The notes beneath the pieces are model-generated. The model was not told the origin of the DNA. It ran no database searches and saw only the letters and a list, made by a program, of their open reading frames with translations. Below, one piece after another: positions 58,662-64,000 of a stretch of 64,000 nucleotides of DNA (positions are counted from its first letter, which is position 1; each line of letters opens with the position of its first letter). The translations under genes and the position numbers were made by a program. Origin of the DNA: an uncultured Alphaproteobacteria bacterium (lineage in GTDB: Bacteria > Pseudomonadota > Alphaproteobacteria > Rhizobiales > Xanthobacteraceae); contig CAVWIS010000004.1 in the NCBI GenBank assembly GCA_963755055.1, forward strand, positions 125,478-189,477, written 5' to 3'.

Positions 58662-60296
58662 CTACGTCAGCATGACCTCCCGGTATCCCTTGGTCGCCAC
58701 CGCGTCCGCCCATGCCCGGTAGGCCGGGGCGCTGCCGCTGTAGCGCGCGACGATGCGGGTCTGCTTGCCCTCGACATTGCTGTTGATGCCGGTCATCCAG
58801 GAATTGACCTCGTTGCTGAGCAGCCCGGTTCCGACCGCCTTGACATGGTCGGTCCAGGTCGCCACCGCCTCCGGCCGGGCGTCGGCCCGGGTCAGATCGC
58901 GGTCGCGCATGTGGCGGATGAGACCGGTCACCCACTCGACATTGTACTCGATGCTGCGGGGGATGTTGCCGAGCGCGGTATGCGGCCCCATCAGCATGAA
59001 CATGTTGGGGAAGCCGGCGACCTGGACGCCGAGAAAGGTCTGCGGCCCGCCCGCCCATCGGTCCTTCAGCTTCAGCCCGTCGAGACCCCTGATGTCGATG
59101 CGGTCGAAGCTGCCGGTGATGGCGTCGAAGCCGGTCGCATAGATGATGATGTCGAACTCAAAATCCTCATTGCTGGTCCTGATGCCCTTGGGCGTGATCC
59201 GCTCGATCGGCGTCGCCTTGATGTCCACCAGCCGGACATTGGGCTGGTTGTAGACCTCGTAGTATCTGGTCTCCAGCGGCACGCGGCGGGTGCCAAAACC
59301 GTGGTCCTGGGGTATCAGCTTCTCGGCAACCTGCTGATCCCGCACCCGCCCGCGGATTTTTCGCGCCACGAACTCCGAGATGGCGGCGTTCGCCGCCCGG
59401 TCGATCAGGATGTCGCGGAAATTGCCCTGCCAGATGCCGAAGCCGGGCTCGGCGTAGAGCTTTTCGAAAAACGCCTCGCGCTCCTCCGCCGTCACCTCGA
59501 AGGTCCCGCGCGGGTCCGGCGTGTGCAGGAAGCAGGCAAATGTCTCGCGGCAGCGGGCGAACATTTCCGGGTAACCGGCCTTGATCTTCCGCTGGGTCTC
59601 CTCGTCGATCCGGCTGTTGTGCAGCGGCGCGCACCAGTTCGGCGTGCGCTGGAAAATCGTCAGGTGCCCGACGGTCTTCGCCACCTCCTGGATGGTTTGC
59701 ACGCCGGTCGCCCCGGTGCCGATCACCGCCACCCGTTTGCCGGCAAAACTCACCGGCTCGTGCGGCCATCGGGCGGTGTGAAAGGCCTGGCCCTGGAACG
59801 ATTCCACCCCGTCGATGCGCGGCATGGTCGGCGCCGACAGCGGGCCGACGGCAGTGATCAGGAAACGCGAGCGGTACCGGCTGCCGCCCTCCAATGTCAT
59901 CTCCCAGGCCCGATCCTCCTCGTGGTAATGCGCCGCGGTCACCCGGCTGCGGAACTGGATGTCGCGGCGCAGGTCGAATTTGTCGGCGACGAAGTTGAGA
60001 TAGCGCAAGGTCTCGGGCTGGCCGGCGAAATGCTCCGACCAGCTCCACTCCTCCAGCAGCTCCGGCGAGAAGGAGTAGCCATACGAGTAGCTTTCGGAGT
60101 CGAAGCGCGCGCCGGGATAGCGGTTCCAGTACCAGGTGCCGCCGACGCCGGTGCCGGATTCGAAGATCCGCACGCTCAACCCCAGATCGCGCAGCCGGTA
60201 GAGCTGGCAGAGGCCCGACATGCCCGCCCCGATGATGATGACGTCGTAGTCCAGGACAGGCGCCGCCCCGGCATGGGCTTCATGCAAGGCGGCCAT
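58662..60296 (-). CDS. Baeyer-Villiger (flavin-containing) monooxygenase
   Basis: GxGxxG (IIGAGMSG), BVMO fingerprint FxGxxxHxxxW (FQGQAFHTARW), second Rossmann motif (AVIGTGATG). Confidence 0.85.
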   Translation of the reverse strand: MAALHEAHAGAAPVLDYDVIIIGAGMSGLCQLYRLRDLGLSVRIFESGTGVGGTWYWNRYPGARFDSESYSYGYSFSPELLEEWSWSEHFAGQPETLRYLNFVADKFDLRRDIQFRSRVTAAHYHEEDRAWEMTLEGGSRYRSRFLITAVGPLSAPTMPRIDGVESFQGQAFHTARWPHEPVSFAGKRVAVIGTGATGVQTIQEVAKTVGHLTIFQRTPNWCAPLHNSRIDEETQRKIKAGYPEMFARCRETFACFLHTPDPRGTFEVTAEEREAFFEKLYAEPGFGIWQGNFRDILIDRAANAAISEFVARKIRGRVRDQQVAEKLIPQDHGFGTRRVPLETRYYEVYNQPNVRLVDIKATPIERITPKGIRTSNEDFEFDIIIYATGFDAITGSFDRIDIRGLDGLKLKDRWAGGPQTFLGVQVAGFPNMFMLMGPHTALGNIPRSIEYNVEWVTGLIRHMRDRDLTRADARPEAVATWTDHVKAVGTGLLSNEVNSWMTGINSNVEGKQTRIVARYSGSAPAYRAWADAVATKGYREVMLT

Positions 60297-60406
60297 GGGC
60301 TGTTCCTTGTTCGCTGATCATGAGGGCAGGTTATCGACGGAACCGCTATTCTGCAAAGAACGGGGCACCGGAAGATGGATTGCCCACGCGGCAAGGGAGA
60401 GAAAAC

Positions 60407-61186
60407 ATGCGGATGAGGGACAAGGTCGGGATCGTGACGGCGGCGGGTTCCGGAATGGGCCGCGCCGGCGCGCTGCGCTTCGCCCGTGAAGGGGCGGCGA
60501 TCGGGGTGGTCGATATCGACGCGGCGAGCGTCGCCGCCGTGGTCGGCGAGATCGCCGCGAACGGCGGCAAGGCCCGGGGCATCGTCGCCGACCTGCGGCA
60601 GGACGCCGAGGCGCGCAGAATCGTCCGCGAGACCGCGAGCGCCTTCGGGGGCCTCGACTTCGTCTGGAACCATCTCGGCCATCCCGGGCCGGCCGCGGTC
60701 GAAGGCATCGAGATGGCGGATTTCGAGCTCGCGGTCGACCTCAACCTGCGCTCGCAGATCGTCACCACCGAGGCGGCGCTGCCGGAGCTGCGCGCCCGCG
60801 GCGGCGGCAGCCTGCTGTTCACCGCCTCGACCTCGGGCCTCGCCGGCTCGCAGTTCAGCCCGGTCTACTCGGCGGTGAAATTCGGCGTGGTCGGCTTCGT
60901 CCGGGCGCTGGCAAAGCGCGTGGCCAAGGACGGGATCCGGGTCAACGCCATCTGCCCGGGAGCGACCGACACGCCGATGCTGCGCGTGTTCGTCGCCCGC
61001 CCCGATCAGCAGAGCACCCGCGGCATGGACCCCGAGGAGCTGGTCCGCCAGCGTGCCGGCCAGAACCCCATGGGCCGGCCCGGGCGCCCGGAGGAAATGG
61101 CGAACGCTGCGCTTTTTCTGCTGTCGGACGAGGCATCGTTCGTCACCGGCGCGGCGCTGCCGGTCGACGGCGGCACGACCGCGTAG
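60407..61186 (+). CDS. SDR-family oxidoreductase
   Basis: TAAGSGMGRA Rossmann motif, YxxxK (YSAVKFG), NAICPG. Confidence 0.85.
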   Translation: MRMRDKVGIVTAAGSGMGRAGALRFAREGAAIGVVDIDAASVAAVVGEIAANGGKARGIVADLRQDAEARRIVRETASAFGGLDFVWNHLGHPGPAAVEGIEMADFELAVDLNLRSQIVTTEAALPELRARGGGSLLFTASTSGLAGSQFSPVYSAVKFGVVGFVRALAKRVAKDGIRVNAICPGATDTPMLRVFVARPDQQSTRGMDPEELVRQRAGQNPMGRPGRPEEMANAALFLLSDEASFVTGAALPVDGGTTA

Positions 61187-61279
61187 GGCGAAGCCGCGGG
61201 CTGAATTGCAAACCCGCTTGTTCGCCGTCACCACCCTGTGCCACCGAATTGTCCGGGAACGATCGTGGAGGCCACAACA

Positions 61280-62587
61280 ATGCCGAGGACCGATATTCGC
61301 CAGGCCGCGCTGCGGGAGCGCGCGCAAAAAGTCATTCCTGGCGGCATGTACGGCCATCAGTCGACGGCGCTGCTGCCGACGGAATTTCCTCAATTCTTCC
61401 ATTCCGCCAAGGGCTGCCGGCTGTGGGACGCCGACGGCAACGCGTATATCGACCTGATGTGCGGCTACGGGCCGAACCTCCTGGGCTACGGTCATGCGGC
61501 GATCGACGCCGCGGCGGCCGCCCAGCAGGCGCTGGGCGACACCATGACCGGGCCGTCGGAGATCATGGTGGAGCTCGCGGAACAATTCGTCGCACTGGTC
61601 GACCATGCCGACTGGGCGATGTTCTGCAAGAACGGCACCGACGCGACCTCGATCGCCATGCTGGGGGCGCGCAGCCACACCGGGCGGCGGAAAATTCTGG
61701 TGGCCGAGGGCGCCTATCACGGCTCGGCGCCATGGTGCCTCAATCGCGGCGCCGGACGGGTGGCGGAGGACCAGGCCCATGTGATCCGCTTCAGATACGA
61801 CGACCCGGACAGTCTTCGCGACGCATTCCGGGAAGCCGCCGGCGACGTCGCCGGCGTGTTCGCGACGCCGTTCCGCCACGACGTCTTTGCCGACCAGTCG
61901 CTGCCCTCCCAGGAGTTCGCCGAGACCGCACGGCGCCTCAGCGACGAGGCGGGTGCGCTGCTGATCGTCGACGAGATCCGCACCGGGCTTCGGCTCGCGC
62001 GCGACTGCGGCTGGGCGGCGCTCGGGATTGCGCCCGACGTCAGCTGCTGGGGCAAATCGATCGCCAACGGCTACCCGATCTCCGCGGTGCTCGGATCCGA
62101 CAAGGCGCGTGCGGCTTTTGGAAAGATCTTCGCCACCGGGACGTTCTGGTTCTCCGCCGTGCCGATGGCGGCGGCGCTCGCCACGCTGCACGAGGTCAGG
62201 ACAACCGACTATCTGGAGCGGATCGTCGCCAGCGGCACGATGCTGCGGCAGGGCTTGGCCGAGCAGGCCGCGCGCCACGGCTTCGGCCTCCGGCAGACCG
62301 GACCGGTGCAGCTGCCGCAGATCCTGTTCGCGGACGACCCGGATTTCCGCCTGGGCTATGGCTTTGCCGCCGAGGCGGTCAGCCGCGGCGTCTACCTGCA
62401 TCCGTTCCACAACAATTTCGTCAGTGCGGCGCTGACTGAAGCTGATGTGCGGCAGACCCTGGAGATCACCGACGCGGCGTTTTCCGCGCTGAAGGTGCGC
62501 GGCCCGGGACTGGGTCCCGTGCCGCAGCTCGCCGGACGCTTCCCCACCGCAGCCCGCACGGCGCAGGCGGAGCGCGCTCATGCTTGA
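61280..62587 (+). CDS. Class-III (PLP-dependent) aminotransferase, glutamate-1-semialdehyde aminomutase-like
   Basis: MPRTDIRQAALRERAQKVIPGGMYGH..., PLP-lysine region IVDEIRTGLRLA...SCWGKSIANGYP. Confidence 0.8.
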   Translation: MPRTDIRQAALRERAQKVIPGGMYGHQSTALLPTEFPQFFHSAKGCRLWDADGNAYIDLMCGYGPNLLGYGHAAIDAAAAAQQALGDTMTGPSEIMVELAEQFVALVDHADWAMFCKNGTDATSIAMLGARSHTGRRKILVAEGAYHGSAPWCLNRGAGRVAEDQAHVIRFRYDDPDSLRDAFREAAGDVAGVFATPFRHDVFADQSLPSQEFAETARRLSDEAGALLIVDEIRTGLRLARDCGWAALGIAPDVSCWGKSIANGYPISAVLGSDKARAAFGKIFATGTFWFSAVPMAAALATLHEVRTTDYLERIVASGTMLRQGLAEQAARHGFGLRQTGPVQLPQILFADDPDFRLGYGFAAEAVSRGVYLHPFHNNFVSAALTEADVRQTLEITDAAFSALKVRGPGLGPVPQLAGRFPTAARTAQAERAHA

Positions 62588-64000
62588 CCCGGCGAGCCGC
62601 CCCGACATGGCCGACGACATCTGCTTTCTCTCGCTTGCCGGGCTCGGCAAGCGCTACGCAACAGGAGCGCTCTCGCCTGTCGCGGTGGCCGAGCATCATC
62701 TCGATCGGGTCACGCAACTCGAACCGCATCTCAACGCGTTCCAGATCGTCGACCGCGACGGCGCGCTTGCAGCCGCCCACCGGGCCGAGGCACGCTGGCG
62801 CGCGGGCGCGCCACGGAGCGCGCTCGACGGCGCGCCGGTCACCATCAAGGACAATGTCGACGTTGCGGGGTTTCCCACCCGCCACGGCTCGCTGACCACG
62901 TCCGACGCGCCGGCTGCGGCGGATTCGCCGGTCGTGGCGAGGCTGCGCGAGGCCGGCGCAACAATCCTCGGCAAGACCACGCTGCCGGAATTCGGCTGGA
63001 GCGGGCTCACCGACAGCCGCCTCAAGGGCACGACACGCAATCCGTGGAACCTGTCGCGCTCCTCCGGCGGATCGAGCGGCGGCGGCGCGGCGGCGCTTGC
63101 CGCCGGCATCGGGACGATCGCGTTCGGCAACGACGGCGGCGGATCGATCCGCGTGCCGTCGAGCTTTTGCGGCGTGTTCGGCATCAAGCCGACGTTCGGG
63201 CGCGTGCCGCATGTGCAGGAGGGACTCTTTCGACCGTGGTCGCCGGCGGGCCGATCGCCCGCTCGGTGGCGGACGCCGCGGCAGCGCTCGCCGTCATGGC
63301 GCGGCCGGACGACCGCGACTGGCACGCCCTGCCGCCGCCGGGCGAGGACTGGCTCGCCGGCCTTGCGCCGCGCCTCGGCGACCTCACCTTCGCCTATGCG
63401 CCCGGCCTCGGCGGCGCCGAGCCGGACGCCGCGGTGCACACCGCGGTCGATCAGGCAGTCGACACGCTGCGCCGGGCGGGCGCCCGCATCGAGGATGTCG
63501 GCCCGGTGATCGCGCCGCTGCGTCCCGATTTCGAGGCTTTTTGGCTCGCCGGCTTCGCCCGGCGGCTGCGGACGATCCCGCGGGAACGCTGGGACGACCT
63601 CGATCCGGGTTACCGGAGGCTGGGCGAGCAGGGTCTCGGCATCGGCGTCGAGGCGGTGCTGGCGGGGGAAGCGGCGCGCGCCGCGCTCGGGCGCGCGTTC
63701 CAGGCATTGCACCGGAGCTACGACTTGCTGCTCACCCCGACCATGCCGCACGCGGCGCCGCCGGCCGATACCGCCTATCACAGCCAAGGCTACGACCGCT
63801 GGCGCGACAGCGTGCCGTTCACCCTGCCCTTCAACCTGACCGGACAGCCGGCGGCGTCGGTTCCCTGCGGCCTTACCGCGGAAGGCCTTCCGGTCGGCCT
63901 TCAGGTGGTCGGGCCGAAATATGCCGAGCGAAAAATTCTCGAAGCCTGCCTGGCGATCGAGGCGGTGCTGGGCTTTGCGCAGCCGCATCCGCGGCTCATG
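62580..64000 (+). CDS. Amidase (amidase-signature family), interrupted by an apparent frameshift near 63215-63235; C-terminus off the window
   Basis: GGSSGGGAAALAAG signature and catalytic region in frame 0 up to ...FGRVPHV. The conserved continuation GGTLSTVVAGGPIARSVADAAAALAVMARPDDRDWH... to ...LEACLAIEAVLGFAQPHPRLM is in frame 1. Confidence 0.7.

Overview
A 64 kb window of high-GC alphaproteobacterial (Rhizobiales / Bradyrhizobium-like) DNA, on both strands, covering ordinary chromosome plus two accessory patches. Left to right it contains: (i) a partial WS/DGAT acyltransferase, an amidohydrolase and a Liv-type branched-chain amino-acid ABC transporter, where livM has one apparent frameshift, plus a GAF protein. 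(ii) A minus-strand polyamine-type Pot ABC transporter with an M24 peptidase, facing an acetylpolyamine-amidohydrolase/HDAC-family gene; the next minus-strand operon is beta-lactamase-like hydrolase, amidohydrolase, RidA. (iii) A 120-bp array of 9-nt tandem repeats followed by a small gene for a double-glycine (GG) leader peptide. (iv) Miscellaneous metabolism (ModA-like binding protein, DUF1847, TauE, Gfo/Idh/MocA, two tandemly duplicated CocE/NonD hydrolases, MFS, LLM oxidoreductase). (v) A low-GC insertion carrying a DUF4238 protein, set inside a duplicated 5' region of a TPR-protein gene. (vi) A radical-SAM/SPASM maturase-like gene, a secreted beta-propeller protein and a second GG-leader peptide gene flanked by near-identical palindromic elements, convergent with a CHASE2 adenylate/guanylate cyclase; this is the most interesting candidate novel system, a RiPP-like or peptide-signalling locus. 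(vii) A decayed junction with recombinase, rhodanese and tRNA-3' fragments, followed by a carboxyltransferase. (viii) A Dpp/Opp-type peptide ABC operon riddled with frameshifts, while the genes on both sides are intact. (ix) A DPA-like (HAD-UbiA / DprE1 / DprE2 / GT-C) arabinosylation-type cluster. (x) A DUF5681 phage-type gene, a BVMO, an SDR, a class-III aminotransferase and a frameshifted amidase. All calls are from reading the sequence and ORF translations by eye; no searches were run.
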